From positions 1 to 59,103 of the forward strand of contig JBBQMH010000006.1 of the NCBI GenBank assembly GCA_038328755.1: a stretch of 59,103 nucleotides of DNA. Reading direction: 5' to 3'. This DNA is from Candidatus Limnocylindrales bacterium. GTDB lineage: Bacteria; Chloroflexota; Limnocylindria; Limnocylindrales; CSP1-4. Numbering within the stretch: the first letter of the stretch is position 1; each line of letters opens with the position of its first letter. The notes under the pieces were generated by a model. It worked only from the letters and a program-made list of their open reading frames with translations. It had not been told where the DNA came from and searched no databases. A program made the translations under genes and the position numbers. This document shows, one piece after another, positions 1 through 10,195 of the stretch.

Positions 1-17
1 TGCTACCGTTTCGGCTC

Positions 18-1253
18 GTGAGCATTGTCGTCCGAACCGTCACCCCTTCGGAGCTGCCAGCCTGGCTCGATGTGCTTGGAACCGCGTTCCTCAGTCGAAA
101 CGATACTGAGGCGATCGCCACGTATGTCCAGACGGTCTGGGATCTCCAACGGGCCTGGGCAGCGTTCGATGGATCGGCACTGGTCGGCACGACCCGATCC
201 TGGGCCACGGAGCTGACGATCCCCGGGAATACCCAGCTGCCGGCTTCGGCCATCGCCGCCGTCGCCGTACTGGCGACACATCGGCGCACGGGGATCCTCC
301 GCCAGATGATGGCGGCCGAGCATGCTGCTGCCAGGGAGCGGGGGGAGGCTCTCGCACTCCTCTACTCCGCCGAGTACTCGATCTACGGCCGCTTCGGCTA
401 TGGGCCTGGCTGCCAGATGGCGACCTGGACGATCGAGACCCGTAGGACGCAGGTACGACGGCAAGGATCCGGGTCGGTCGAAATCGTCCGGCCGTCCGCC
501 GCCGTCCGCGACACCATGATTGCCATCCACAGGGCGGCGCGGCTGCTCCAGGTCGGCGACATTGCCCGCCGCGATGACATGTGGGATCGCGAACTCGGGC
601 TCCGCCCGACCCTCTGGGGCGACGGCTGGAAGGGGTTCGTGGCTCTACATCGTGACGATGCGGGGACGGTTGACGGATTCGTCCGCTACCACACCGAGTC
701 GAAGTGGGAGCGCATGCAGCCACAGGGAATCCTGACAGTCGATGACTTCTGCACGCTCACCGACGACGGCTACGACCACCTCTGGGCGTTCCTGATCAAC
801 ACGGACCTGGTTCGCACCGTCACGGCGCCGCAGCGTCTTGTCTCCGAGCGGTTCCCGTGGCTGCTGACGAACGCCAGGGCGGCCTCGGTGACCGAGCTCA
901 ACGACAGCATGTGGGTCAAGCTGCTCGATGCGCCTCGAGCGCTCGCGGCCAGGGCATACGAACGCGCGGGGAGCCTGGTGATCGAAACCGTCGAGGACGC
1001 CGGGACCGACCGTGAGAGCCGGACGCGGGTTGCCCTCGACGTCGGCCCGGACGGCGCGACCTGCGTCCCGACGAAGCGGAGCCCGGATCTCACCATCCAC
1101 GCTGGAGCCCTTGGTGCAGCCTATCTCGGCGGGACGAGCCTGATCCATGCCTCGCTCGCCGAAGGCGCCGACGAGAGCCGCGAAGGGGCGCTCCAGGAGG
1201 CGGACGCCCTGTTCCGGACGGGAACGCCGCCCTGGTGCTCGGTCTTCTTCTAG
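18..1253 (+). CDS. Eis-like GNAT family N-acetyltransferase with C-terminal SCP2-like domain
   Basis: 411 aa; acetyl-CoA motif VAVLATHRRTGILRQMM, LYSAEYSIYGRFGYG, C-terminal LGAAYLGG and aromatic C-terminus typical of the Eis family. Confidence 0.9.
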   Translation: MSIVVRTVTPSELPAWLDVLGTAFLSRNDTEAIATYVQTVWDLQRAWAAFDGSALVGTTRSWATELTIPGNTQLPASAIAAVAVLATHRRTGILRQMMAAEHAAARERGEALALLYSAEYSIYGRFGYGPGCQMATWTIETRRTQVRRQGSGSVEIVRPSAAVRDTMIAIHRAARLLQVGDIARRDDMWDRELGLRPTLWGDGWKGFVALHRDDAGTVDGFVRYHTESKWERMQPQGILTVDDFCTLTDDGYDHLWAFLINTDLVRTVTAPQRLVSERFPWLLTNARAASVTELNDSMWVKLLDAPRALAARAYERAGSLVIETVEDAGTDRESRTRVALDVGPDGATCVPTKRSPDLTIHAGALGAAYLGGTSLIHASLAEGADESREGALQEADALFRTGTPPWCSVFF

Positions 1254-1259
1254 GGCAGT

Positions 1260-1291
1260 GGGTCCGGGTCGGGCGGCCCGACCGTGGACCC
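1260..1291. terminator. Hairpin between convergent genes (possible bidirectional terminator)
   Basis: GGGTCC/GGACCC outer stem and GGTCGGG/CCCGACC inner stem between stops at 1253 and 1296. Confidence 0.5.
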
Positions 1292-1295
1292 TGGC

Positions 1296-4200
1296 TCAGC
1301 TGATCGCGAACTCGTCCGGGATTTCCGGGTGCTCCTCGCCCGACCCGAATCGACGCCGGACGATGCCCTTGGCGTCACTCACCAGCGAGTAGACGACCGG
1401 GACCACGATCAGCGTGAGGACCGTCGAGGACAGTAGCCCGCCGATCACGACAGTGCCCAGTTCCGCGGCGATGATCGACCCCTGGTTGAGTCCGAGCGCA
1501 AGCGGGAAGAGGGCCATGATCGTGGCGACGGCGGTCATCAGGATCGGCCGTACGCGGGTTCTCCCGGCCTGGACCAGAGCGTCGTGCGTGGACATCCCCT
1601 TGTGGCGGAGTTGTTCCACGAGGTCGAGCAGGACGATCGCGTTGGTGACCACGATTCCGATCAGCATCAGGAAGCCGATGAGCGCGCTGATCCCGATCGG
1701 GCGACCGGTGATTGCCAGCGCCGGGAATGCGCCGATCGTGGCGAGCGGCAGGCTGAACATGATGACCAGCGGGTCCACCAGCGAGTTGAAGACCAGCACC
1801 ATCACGATGTAGACGAGCAGGATCGCGACCGCCATGGCGGCAAAGAGCCCACCGAATGCCTCGGACTGCTGGGCTGTCACGCCGCCGACGCTGACGTCGA
1901 CGCCGTCGAGCTGGCCAGCCGCGCGGAGCTCCGCGAGCCTGCTATCCACGAGTTTCGCGACGGCGCCCTGGTCGGTCCCACGGATGGTGCCCGAGACAGT
2001 GGCCGCGGTCGCCCCATCGACCCGGGTGACGCGGGCCTGGGCATCGACCTGGACGACATCGGCGATTGTCCCGAGCGGTGCCTGCCGCACGGTCCCGACC
2101 GGGACGGCCTTCAGGGCGTCGAGCGACGACAGGCCCGCGATGGCCATCTGCATGTCCACCTGGATCGGCTGGCCATCGACCACGATCCGACCTGCCGGGC
2201 CGCCAACGATGATGTTGCGCAGGTCACCGGCGACCTGCGCCGTCGTCGTCCCGAGGCCGATCGCCTTGTTCGGGTCCACCCGAACCTGGATCTCGGGCGA
2301 CGAGCGAACGAGATCGCTGACGACGTTGTTGAGCTCCGGGATACCCGCGAGGACTCCGAACACAGCGTCGTTGGCCGACACCAGCTTGTCGGCGTTGCTG
2401 CCGGTGATGACCACGCTGAGCGAGTTTCCGCCGAAGCCACTGGTCTCCTCGGCAGTGATCGAGAAGCCATCGGTCGCCAGTGAGGCCAGGTTTGCCTTGA
2501 CGACGTCGACCTCGGTCTTGAGGTCGGTCTCGGGGTCAAAGCGCACGAAGATTCGGGCGCTGTTCTTGGGCCGCCCGGATTGCGTGGCGGCAAGTGTCTG
2601 GAATCCCGTGTCGTCGTCGCCCGGGACCGTGGTGAGGGCCAGTTCCACCTGCGAGTCGGCCTTCAGGACTGCCTCGACCTTCTCGGCTCGTGCAATTACA
2701 TCGGCCGTCGAGGTGCCGGCCGGCGGGATGACCGTCACATAGGCGATCTTTTCGGAGCCGGAGTTGATGAACTGGGTCGGCAGCCCCGCGACGAGGCCAC
2801 TGGTCAGGATGAACAGCACGGCGGCGATGCCGAGCGTCCCCCAACGCGTGATCCGATTTTTCAGGGCGAGCTCGAGGGACGGCACGTACAGCCGCTGCCA
2901 GATGGTCGGCGGCAGCTCGCCGTCCGGGCCGACTTTGAGCTTGACCGTCCGCAACAGGAAGATCGCGAGGACCGGAACCACGGTCAGCGAGACGATCAGC
3001 GAGGCGATCAGGGCGAACGTGACGGTCAGCGCAAAGGGCAGGAAAAACTGGCTGATGAGGCCGCCCACGAAGCCGAGCGGCAGGAAGACGGCCACGGTCG
3101 TGAGCGTTGAGCTGGTGATGGCGCTGGCGACCTCGCGCGTCCCGTCGAGGACGGCGTCCTTCATGGAATCACCGCGCCCGCGGTGTCGATAGATGTTCTC
3201 GAGGACGACGATCGCGTCATCGACCACCCGGCCGATGGCAACCGCCAGGCCACCCAGGGTCATGATGTTGATCGAGATGCCGGAGACGAGCATCAGCGCC
3301 AGCGCGGTGACGAGGGACAGCGGGATGCTGACCGCGGCCACGAGCGTGGATCGGATGTTCAGCAGGAAGAGGAAGATCACGAGGACGGCGAAGGCCGACC
3401 CGAGTCCGCCTTCCTTGACCAGGCCGTCGCGCGATTCCTTGATGAAGTCGGAGGTGTCGATGAGCGTGCTCATCTCGAGCCGTCCGGCGTATTCGGTCTT
3501 GAGCTCCTCGATCCGGGCCTGGACGTCATCGGCGACCTGGACGGTGTTCCCGCCGGACGCCTTCGTGACCGACAGCGTGATCGACGGCACGCCGTTGGTC
3601 CGCGAGTAGCCGGTCGGACTCACCTGGATCATGTCGATCGTGCCCAGATCGCCGAGCCGGATCGGGGTCGGGGGCGCGAACGCGGCGGGGTTTGCAGGAT
3701 CGACGGGCACCGGCGCCGCAGATTTCACGCCGACGATCAGTGAGCGCAGCTCATCAACAGACCCGAACTGGTGCAGGGCGGAGACGGAGACCTGCCCGCC
3801 GTCGACGTTGAGCGATCCACTCGGGAGGGTCAGGTCATTGGCCTGCAGGACTCCCTTGATCTGCTGCAGTGAGATTCCCGCGGCAGCGAGCTTGGCCGGA
3901 TCGAGCAGAATCTTCACTCGCGACTCGGTGCCGCCGGTCACGCTGACCGCGGATACCCCTGAGACGCCGATGAGTTCCGGAACCAGCTCGGTGCGGGCGA
4001 TGCTCGCGGCATCATCAAGACTGGTCGAGCCGACTCCGCGTACCGAGGCGACGATGACCGCCTGGGCGTTGATGTCCTGGACGATGACCTTGGGGTTGAC
4101 GCCAGCAGGCAGACCCAGGGCGTCGAGGTTGGCCTGGACGGTCGCCTTGGTCTCCTTGATGTCCGTTCCGAACTTGAACTGGGCCACCACGAAGGTCAGG

Positions 4201-4463
4201 CTGTTGGTCGACGTCGAATTCAGCGCTTCCAGGCCGGCCACGCTCGAGATGGCTCGCTCGATTGGCTTCGTGACCTGGTCCGTGACATCGCTCGTCCCGG
4301 CACCCGGGTAGGTCGCGACGATCGACAGGATCGGGAATTCGACATCCGGCACGAGCTCCTGGCGGAGCTGCCCCCAGGAGAAGATCCCCGCTCCGAAGAG
4401 GCCCAAGGCGAGGAGCAGGGTCACGCTCCGCTTGGCGATGGCGAGCTGAGTCAGGCGGGTCAA
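1296..4463 (-). CDS. RND efflux transporter permease (AcrB/SwrC-like), no adjacent MFP or OMF
   Basis: 1055 aa; GRVVDDAIVVLENI and RVRPILMT motifs, two large extracytoplasmic loops; TTG start. Confidence 0.93.
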   Translation of the reverse strand: MTRLTQLAIAKRSVTLLLALGLFGAGIFSWGQLRQELVPDVEFPILSIVATYPGAGTSDVTDQVTKPIERAISSVAGLEALNSTSTNSLTFVVAQFKFGTDIKETKATVQANLDALGLPAGVNPKVIVQDINAQAVIVASVRGVGSTSLDDAASIARTELVPELIGVSGVSAVSVTGGTESRVKILLDPAKLAAAGISLQQIKGVLQANDLTLPSGSLNVDGGQVSVSALHQFGSVDELRSLIVGVKSAAPVPVDPANPAAFAPPTPIRLGDLGTIDMIQVSPTGYSRTNGVPSITLSVTKASGGNTVQVADDVQARIEELKTEYAGRLEMSTLIDTSDFIKESRDGLVKEGGLGSAFAVLVIFLFLLNIRSTLVAAVSIPLSLVTALALMLVSGISINIMTLGGLAVAIGRVVDDAIVVLENIYRHRGRGDSMKDAVLDGTREVASAITSSTLTTVAVFLPLGFVGGLISQFFLPFALTVTFALIASLIVSLTVVPVLAIFLLRTVKLKVGPDGELPPTIWQRLYVPSLELALKNRITRWGTLGIAAVLFILTSGLVAGLPTQFINSGSEKIAYVTVIPPAGTSTADVIARAEKVEAVLKADSQVELALTTVPGDDDTGFQTLAATQSGRPKNSARIFVRFDPETDLKTEVDVVKANLASLATDGFSITAEETSGFGGNSLSVVITGSNADKLVSANDAVFGVLAGIPELNNVVSDLVRSSPEIQVRVDPNKAIGLGTTTAQVAGDLRNIIVGGPAGRIVVDGQPIQVDMQMAIAGLSSLDALKAVPVGTVRQAPLGTIADVVQVDAQARVTRVDGATAATVSGTIRGTDQGAVAKLVDSRLAELRAAGQLDGVDVSVGGVTAQQSEAFGGLFAAMAVAILLVYIVMVLVFNSLVDPLVIMFSLPLATIGAFPALAITGRPIGISALIGFLMLIGIVVTNAIVLLDLVEQLRHKGMSTHDALVQAGRTRVRPILMTAVATIMALFPLALGLNQGSIIAAELGTVVIGGLLSSTVLTLIVVPVVYSLVSDAKGIVRRRFGSGEEHPEIPDEFAIS

Positions 4464-4676
4464 GGCGGATCTCCTCGAGTTGGCTGGGTCCGCGTCGTTG
4501 GGCGGATCGGCGGCGGATCAAGGTTGAAGCGGCCCGCGCAGCCGGCGGGGGTGCGGGAGTGCGGCGGCATTGTCGCGGATCGGGCAGGGGTCTGCCGTGG
4601 AAGCATCTCTCGGCATTCGGGCGCGAGGTTCGGCGGCCGGTCCGCTCCGGACGTGCGCCTATGCGACGATATCCGG

Positions 4677-5171
4677 ATGAGCCGCCAGATCAGCGCCGGA
4701 ATCCTGTTGTACCGCATCAGGGACGATCGGCTCGAGGTACTGCTGGCTCACCCCGGAGGACCCTACTTCACTCGCCGGGACGTCGGACACTGGACCATCC
4801 CCAAGGGAGAAGTGAGCGAGGGCGACACACTGCTCGCGACCGCGGCGCGTGAATTCGAGGAAGAGACCGGCCACTCCCTGGCGAGCGTCGCCGGTGACGC
4901 AGCGCGCGAGCCGATCTCGCTCGGTACCGTCACCCAGGCCAGCGGCAAGATCGTGCATTGTTGGGCCGTGGAGGGAACCCTGGATCCGGCCGCGGCATCC
5001 TCGAACACCTTTCAGATGCACTGGCCACCGGGGACCAGGGAGCTGCAGACGTTCCCCGAAGTCGATCGGGTCGCATGGTTTTCGGTCCGCGAAGCACAGC
5101 GGCGAGCCAATCCGTCCCAGGCCGCGTTCGTGGGCCGGCTGCGCGAGGCACTGGCATCGGCCACGGCCTGA
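4677..5171 (+). CDS. NUDIX hydrolase domain protein
   Basis: SAGILLYR...LLAHPGGP...WTIPKGE...AAREFEEETG Nudix box; start placed at ATG 4677. Confidence 0.9.
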   Translation: MSRQISAGILLYRIRDDRLEVLLAHPGGPYFTRRDVGHWTIPKGEVSEGDTLLATAAREFEEETGHSLASVAGDAAREPISLGTVTQASGKIVHCWAVEGTLDPAAASSNTFQMHWPPGTRELQTFPEVDRVAWFSVREAQRRANPSQAAFVGRLREALASATA

Positions 5172-5191
5172 GGGCCGGATACCATCGCTCG

Positions 5192-6457
5192 ATGCCCGCT
5201 CCTCAATCACCGCTGAGCCGCGCCGTCGCGCGACGGTTCATGGTCCTGCGCCACCTCCTGGCGCCACCGAGAGCCCTTGCCGCCGAACCCGAGAGCGTCC
5301 TGCGAGTGATCGATCGGCTTGGATCGCTGCAGTTCGATCCGCTCGAGATTGCCGGCCGGAACCATGACCTCGTGCTCCTGTCCCGGATCAAGGGCTACCG
5401 GCGGACCTGGACGGAGCACTGGCTGTACGAGGATCGGCGGCTGTACGAGACCTACAACAAGATGCTCTCGATCGTCCCCGTCGCCGAGCTGCCGTGGCAT
5501 CGACTCACATGGGACCGGGAGCGCGTCGACCACGAGGCGAAGACGTTCGACACCCATGCCCCGCTGGTCGAAGAGCTGGTCACCCGGATCCGGGATCAGG
5601 GGCCGCTGCTGCCGCGAGACGTCGAGCCACGGCAGGCCATCGAGTGGTACTGGCGGCCCACGAACCAGGTCCGGGCCATCCTCGAAGCCCTCGCCGAGGC
5701 GGGCATCCTCGGGATCTCACGGCGCGAGGGCAACCTCCGGGTCTACGACCTCGTCGAGCGGCTGTTCCCGGCGCAAATCCTCACCACCCGGGTCCCGGAG
5801 ATGGAGCAGCGACGCCATCGCCTCCTGTCGCGCTATCGCGGCAACGGCCTGCTCGGGAGCACCGGCGAATACACGCTCTGGTACTCGACGGGCCGGACCG
5901 CCGGCGAGCGCGGCCAGCTCCTCGCTGAGCTCGTCGACCGGGAGGAGCTGGTCCCCGTCAGCGTCGAAGGCTTCAAACGGGACCGGTTCGTGCTGGCTGA
6001 AGAGCTGCCACTTCTCGATCAAGCCCGCGAGGAGGTGGCGGCCGGCAGCCCGCCAGGCGGGATCGAGCCGGGCGTCACATTCCTCGCTCCCCTGGATTCG
6101 TTCTGCTGGGACCGGGACCTGCTGCGCAGGCTGTTCGACTTCGACTATGTCTGGGAGGTCTACGTCCCGGCCGCAAAGCGACGCTGGGGCTATTACGTGC
6201 TGCCGATCCTGTACGGAGACCGACTCGTCGGCCGGATCGAACCGCGGATCGAGCGGCGCTCCGGTGCGCTCCGGATCGCCGGCCTCTGGTGGCAGGACGG
6301 GTTCGATCCGATGGCGGAGCCGGGGTTTGCGCCAGCCTTCGCAGCGGCGATCAAGGCGCATCGAGAATTCGGTGGCATGGAGCGCGTCGTGTTTCCACGA
6401 ACGGTGCGAGACCGGCCATTCGTCACGATGGTTCGCGCGCACCTCGGGGGCGGTTGA
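5192..6457 (+). CDS. YcaQ/AlkZ-family winged-helix DNA crosslink-repair glycosylase
   Basis: LQFDP catalytic QxD motif, FDFDYVWEVYVPAAKRRWGYYVLPIL; start placed at ATG 5192. Confidence 0.88.
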   Translation: MPAPQSPLSRAVARRFMVLRHLLAPPRALAAEPESVLRVIDRLGSLQFDPLEIAGRNHDLVLLSRIKGYRRTWTEHWLYEDRRLYETYNKMLSIVPVAELPWHRLTWDRERVDHEAKTFDTHAPLVEELVTRIRDQGPLLPRDVEPRQAIEWYWRPTNQVRAILEALAEAGILGISRREGNLRVYDLVERLFPAQILTTRVPEMEQRRHRLLSRYRGNGLLGSTGEYTLWYSTGRTAGERGQLLAELVDREELVPVSVEGFKRDRFVLAEELPLLDQAREEVAAGSPPGGIEPGVTFLAPLDSFCWDRDLLRRLFDFDYVWEVYVPAAKRRWGYYVLPILYGDRLVGRIEPRIERRSGALRIAGLWWQDGFDPMAEPGFAPAFAAAIKAHREFGGMERVVFPRTVRDRPFVTMVRAHLGGG

Positions 6458-6521
6458 CGGCCGTCCGTGGGACGATGCGTCCGAACCGCAGGGTCCAATC
6501 CAGCGGTTCGAGGAGGTTCCC

Positions 6522-6962
6522 ATGGCTGAAACACGACACGCCAGCGTCACCTGGAACGGTGACCTGATCTCGGGCGCCGGGACCATCGACTACGTCTCGA
6601 GCGGCGTGTTCGCCCGCATGCCGGTGTCATGGGCGTCGCGAACGACCGCCCACAACGGCAAGACATCGCCTGAGGAACTGCTTGCCGCCGCCCACGCCAG
6701 TTGCTTCTCGATGGCGTTCTCGGCCCGGCTCGCCAAGAACGGCACGCCGGCTACGAGCCTGAAGGTCAGGGCCGAAGTTGTCTTCGACAATGCGAGCGGC
6801 GGCTGGAAGGTCACGACCAGCACCATCACGGTCGTGGGTGATGTGCCCGGCATCGATTTGGCGACCTTTCAGACGATCGCCGAGGACGCCAAGGAGAACT
6901 GCCCGATCTCCATCGCCCTCAAGGGCAACGTGGAGCTGCGCGTGGTCGCCTCGCTCGCGTGA
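6522..6962 (+). CDS. osmC: OsmC family peroxiredoxin
   Basis: SPEELLAAAHASCFSMA and AKENCPIS two-Cys motifs; RBS GGAGG before ATG 6522. Confidence 0.92.
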   Translation: MAETRHASVTWNGDLISGAGTIDYVSSGVFARMPVSWASRTTAHNGKTSPEELLAAAHASCFSMAFSARLAKNGTPATSLKVRAEVVFDNASGGWKVTTSTITVVGDVPGIDLATFQTIAEDAKENCPISIALKGNVELRVVASLA

Positions 6963-7100
6963 GCCTGACCCGCGGGTGCTCCAGAGAAATCAGAGGCGGG
7001 CGGCGCCCTCGGGCCGGGGAAATGGTCAGGATTGAACGGTTATCGCGATCCACGACGCCATTAGATTGACAGTCCCATTCGGGACGTTTGTGGAGCTGAG

Positions 7101-7655
7101 ATGTACCGTGACCTCCTCGATGAGGCCCAACATGGCTCCGGTGAGGCATTCGGGATGCTGGTCGCCGGCTCGGTAGACCGCTGCTATGCGATTGCGTACC
7201 GGATCCTTCGTGACGCCGAGCGGGCGCACGACTCGGTGCAGGAGGCGCTCGTCGGGGCGTGGATCGACCTTCCGAGCCTGCGTGATCCGGCCCGTTTTGA
7301 AGCCTGGCTGACGCGACTGGTCGTCAACGCCTGCTACACCGAAGCTCGTCGCGAGCGCCGCTGGCAGACCAAGCTTCGCCTGCTCCCCGTTGAGAACCCG
7401 GTGTCGCCTGATACGACGGGCGCCGTGGCCGACCGGGACGAGCTCGAGCGGGCATTTGGGCGATTGACGGTTGAGCAGCGGACGGTCGTTGTCCTCCACT
7501 ACTTCGGCGGCCAGTCGTCGGAGGAGATCGCATCGATGCTTCGCATTCCGGCCGGGACGGTCCGGTCCCGCCTGCATCACGCAATGCGGCAGTTACGCGC
7601 CGCAGTCGAGTCCGATGGCCGCGCGGTGCCGAAGAGGGGAGATCGCTCCGCATGA
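7101..7655 (+). CDS. ECF RNA polymerase sigma factor
   Basis: Region 2 (AHDSVQEA...FEAWLTRLVVN) and region 4.2 (EIASMLRIPAGTVRSRLHHA). Confidence 0.92.
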   Translation: MYRDLLDEAQHGSGEAFGMLVAGSVDRCYAIAYRILRDAERAHDSVQEALVGAWIDLPSLRDPARFEAWLTRLVVNACYTEARRERRWQTKLRLLPVENPVSPDTTGAVADRDELERAFGRLTVEQRTVVVLHYFGGQSSEEIASMLRIPAGTVRSRLHHAMRQLRAAVESDGRAVPKRGDRSA

Positions 7656-8404
7656 CGATGGATCGCGAAACTGACCGCCTGATCCGGGAATGGTTACTGG
7701 ATGGTCCATCCGCCGCTCCGCCGGATCTGCTGGCATCGGCCTTCTCGGAGATCCCGGCGATGAACGCCCGGCGGGGCGGGTTGGCAGGAACAAGGAGCTT
7801 TCTGATGCTCAGGCGTTTCACAGGCGTGGCGGCATCGGCCGTCGCGATCGTCGCCGTGGTCGCCTTGGCGGCGTTCATGCTCCCTCGTGCCTTCCCACCC
7901 GGAAACAGCATCGGTGGCTCCGTGACGACGCCGACGCCGAGCTACACCCCGACTGATACGCCTCTGCCGACGATCGGGCCGATGGGGCTATGCGACGCGT
8001 CCAACCTCGTTGCGGCGATCACCAGCTGGACGGGCGCCGCCGGCAGCCGTATCGCCGAGGTGAGCCTGCACAACACCGGACTGTCAACCTGTGAAACGCC
8101 TGCACTCGACCAGGCTCAGCTTCTGGGACCGGACGGTTCGATCCTCATCGGCGGCTCGCCGACGTCATCGCCTGCTCAGTTGGTCATGAGCCCGGACGCG
8201 ATACTCAGGACGATGATCCGGGTGTCGGACTACTGCGGCCCTGCCGTGACCTCAGGTCCGGTGACGGTCGCTTTCCTCCTGGGTAACGGAGCGGGTCGCG
8301 TGGTGGCGAACCCATGGAATCCGACCGACCTGAGCGGAGTGCCGCCCTGCAACAGCGCACCCGGGACGCCCGGCTCGATCGAGATGCAGCCATGGACCCC
8401 GTGA
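7652..8404 (+). CDS. Putative membrane anti-sigma factor with extracytoplasmic DUF4232-like domain
   Basis: ATGA overlap with the sigma gene; short cytoplasmic N-terminus, one TM helix, Thr/Pro linker, Cys-containing beta-rich C-domain (CDASNL...GAAGS...NTGLSTC). Confidence 0.7.
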   Translation: MTMDRETDRLIREWLLDGPSAAPPDLLASAFSEIPAMNARRGGLAGTRSFLMLRRFTGVAASAVAIVAVVALAAFMLPRAFPPGNSIGGSVTTPTPSYTPTDTPLPTIGPMGLCDASNLVAAITSWTGAAGSRIAEVSLHNTGLSTCETPALDQAQLLGPDGSILIGGSPTSSPAQLVMSPDAILRTMIRVSDYCGPAVTSGPVTVAFLLGNGAGRVVANPWNPTDLSGVPPCNSAPGTPGSIEMQPWTP

Positions 8405-8428
8405 CCAGCCCCGGTAGCGGGTGCCGGC

Positions 8429-9019
8429 TCAGCGTCTGAAGGCGAGGAGCTCGCCCCGCCCGATCGGCACCACGAGACCGCTGAGTCGCGAGTCGGCCAG
8501 GGCCGTGTCCCGAAACTCCGCGAGGGCCTCCTCGTGCGAGGTCAGGTTGTCGGCCACCAGCATCCCGCCGGGCCGGAGCGCCTGGATGGCCTGCTCGAGC
8601 ATGCTCAGGTAATCGTCCTTCTCGGCGTCGAGGAAGACGAGATCGGCGGTGCCGGCAAATGACGTCAAACCGGCTGAGCCATCCGAGGCGCGCAACTCCA
8701 CGCGATCCCCGACTCCAGCGTCGGCGAACGTGGTTCGAGCCAGCTCGACCTTCGCCGGATCGACCTCGTAGGTGATGACCCGGCCATCGTTGTGTTGCGC
8801 TGCGACAGCCAGCCAGAGGGTCGAATAGCCCGAACTTGTCCCGATTTCGACGATCGTTTGGGCCCGGGTGCCAAGTGCGAGCGTCAGCAGGAATTCGCCG
8901 ACATCAGGGGAAATCGCCCGGAGTCGGCGCGACATCGGCGTCCCGTCGATGCGATCGGCCTGATCGCGGGCCTCGAGGGTTGCCATCACGCGGCGTACTG
9001 GCGCCGGGACGAGATCCAT
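8429..9019 (-). CDS. SAM-dependent O-methyltransferase (YrrM/CCoAOMT-like)
   Basis: VEIGTSSGYSTLW, DLVFLDAEK, GGMLVADN motifs. Confidence 0.9.
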   Translation of the reverse strand: MDLVPAPVRRVMATLEARDQADRIDGTPMSRRLRAISPDVGEFLLTLALGTRAQTIVEIGTSSGYSTLWLAVAAQHNDGRVITYEVDPAKVELARTTFADAGVGDRVELRASDGSAGLTSFAGTADLVFLDAEKDDYLSMLEQAIQALRPGGMLVADNLTSHEEALAEFRDTALADSRLSGLVVPIGRGELLAFRR

Positions 9020-9044
9020 GAATGCCTCCCGGGTTCGTGGGTGA

Positions 9045-10016
9045 TTACGAGATGGTCAGGATCCGACGAGGGTTGGCGACGGTCATCTGGTCGATGTCCG
9101 CCTCGGAGACGCCGCGCTCCCGGAGCCGTGGCAGGAAGGTCTCCTGGAGGTACGTGTAGCCGTTGCCCTCGTAGTGACGCAATTGGGAGTTGTGACAAAC
9201 GTCCTGGCTCAGGAAGACGCGATCCGAGTGGCCGCGCGACAGAAGTTCGAGCAGCAGGTCGATGATCCGCGACTCGCCGTGGCGCTCCTGCGGCGAAAAG
9301 GACATCCCGAGGAAGTCGAATTCGATGTTCGCGCCGCGCCCGATGAGCTCGAGATAGTGATCCAGGTGCGGGTATGAATCCGCATGACCGATCACGACCC
9401 GTGAGGGATCGGCGCCTTCCTCTTCGAGGACCTCGAGCTGGGCCAGGCCGACGTCGCTGAGCACGGCGTGAGTCGTGATCGCAAGGCCGGTTCGTCGCGC
9501 GGCACGGGCCACGGCACGATGGACTCGCTCCTCCTTCGCCGACAGCCACGGCTTGTCGGTCCCGATCTCCCCGATGATCCCGGGTCGGACGGGTGCATCG
9601 GTTCCTTCGACCTCGATCCCCTCCTCGATCTCGCGAACGAGGTCATCAGCGAGAGAATCGACCGAGCGGCGGTCGATCAGCGCCTCGGCTGGGTAGTAGG
9701 ACTCGCGGTACCAGCCGCAGCCCATCACGACGTGGAGGCCTGACGTCCGCGCCAGCCGGACGAGCCAGGCGGGGTCCCGCCCGACACCCGGAAGGGTCAG
9801 GTCTGTCAGTGCGGTCCCACCCCGCTCGCGATAGCGCTCCAGTTCAGCGGTGATGACCGGCTCGTCGGCGGTGAGTTCCCAGTAATCCCAGCGATTCGGG
9901 ATCTTCCAGAGGGCGATTGCCGTGTGCTCGTGGGGCAGGGTGAACCCGAGTTCGGCCGGGTCGATCGGGCCCAGGACCGTCTGAACGCGGGGCGAGCGCG
10001 ACGAGGAAGTGACCAT
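9045..10016 (-). CDS. Phosphotriesterase-related amidohydrolase (Php-like)
   Basis: GFTLPHEH, IIGEIG, ITTHA, IGHAD, LSQD binuclear-metal motifs; start placed at ATG 10016. Confidence 0.9.
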   Translation of the reverse strand: MVTSSSRSPRVQTVLGPIDPAELGFTLPHEHTAIALWKIPNRWDYWELTADEPVITAELERYRERGGTALTDLTLPGVGRDPAWLVRLARTSGLHVVMGCGWYRESYYPAEALIDRRSVDSLADDLVREIEEGIEVEGTDAPVRPGIIGEIGTDKPWLSAKEERVHRAVARAARRTGLAITTHAVLSDVGLAQLEVLEEEGADPSRVVIGHADSYPHLDHYLELIGRGANIEFDFLGMSFSPQERHGESRIIDLLLELLSRGHSDRVFLSQDVCHNSQLRHYEGNGYTYLQETFLPRLRERGVSEADIDQMTVANPRRILTIS

Positions 10017-10195
10017 CCCGGCGAGTCTACGACGGTGACGCTGGCACGGTCCCGTGGACCGCGTTCGCCCCCGGCGCTGCCCGCGCGCGGGCCGGCGCCC
10101 GCGAACGACCCACGAGTACATTCACTACCCTTGACGGATCGAGTTCGTCAGGTCGGCGCTCGTGGGCGCCGCCGTCTCGCCACCGAAAGGATCAG

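Noticed and set aside
1296-4463. RND pump lacking MFP and outer-membrane partners as an anomaly
   Set aside because: Stand-alone SwrC-like RND proteins are normal in monoderm bacteria.
7030-7090. ECF autoregulatory promoter or DosR box at GTCCCATTCGGGAC
   Set aside because: The half-sites are in the opposite orientation to the DosR-like box, and I could not assign -35/-10 elements with confidence.
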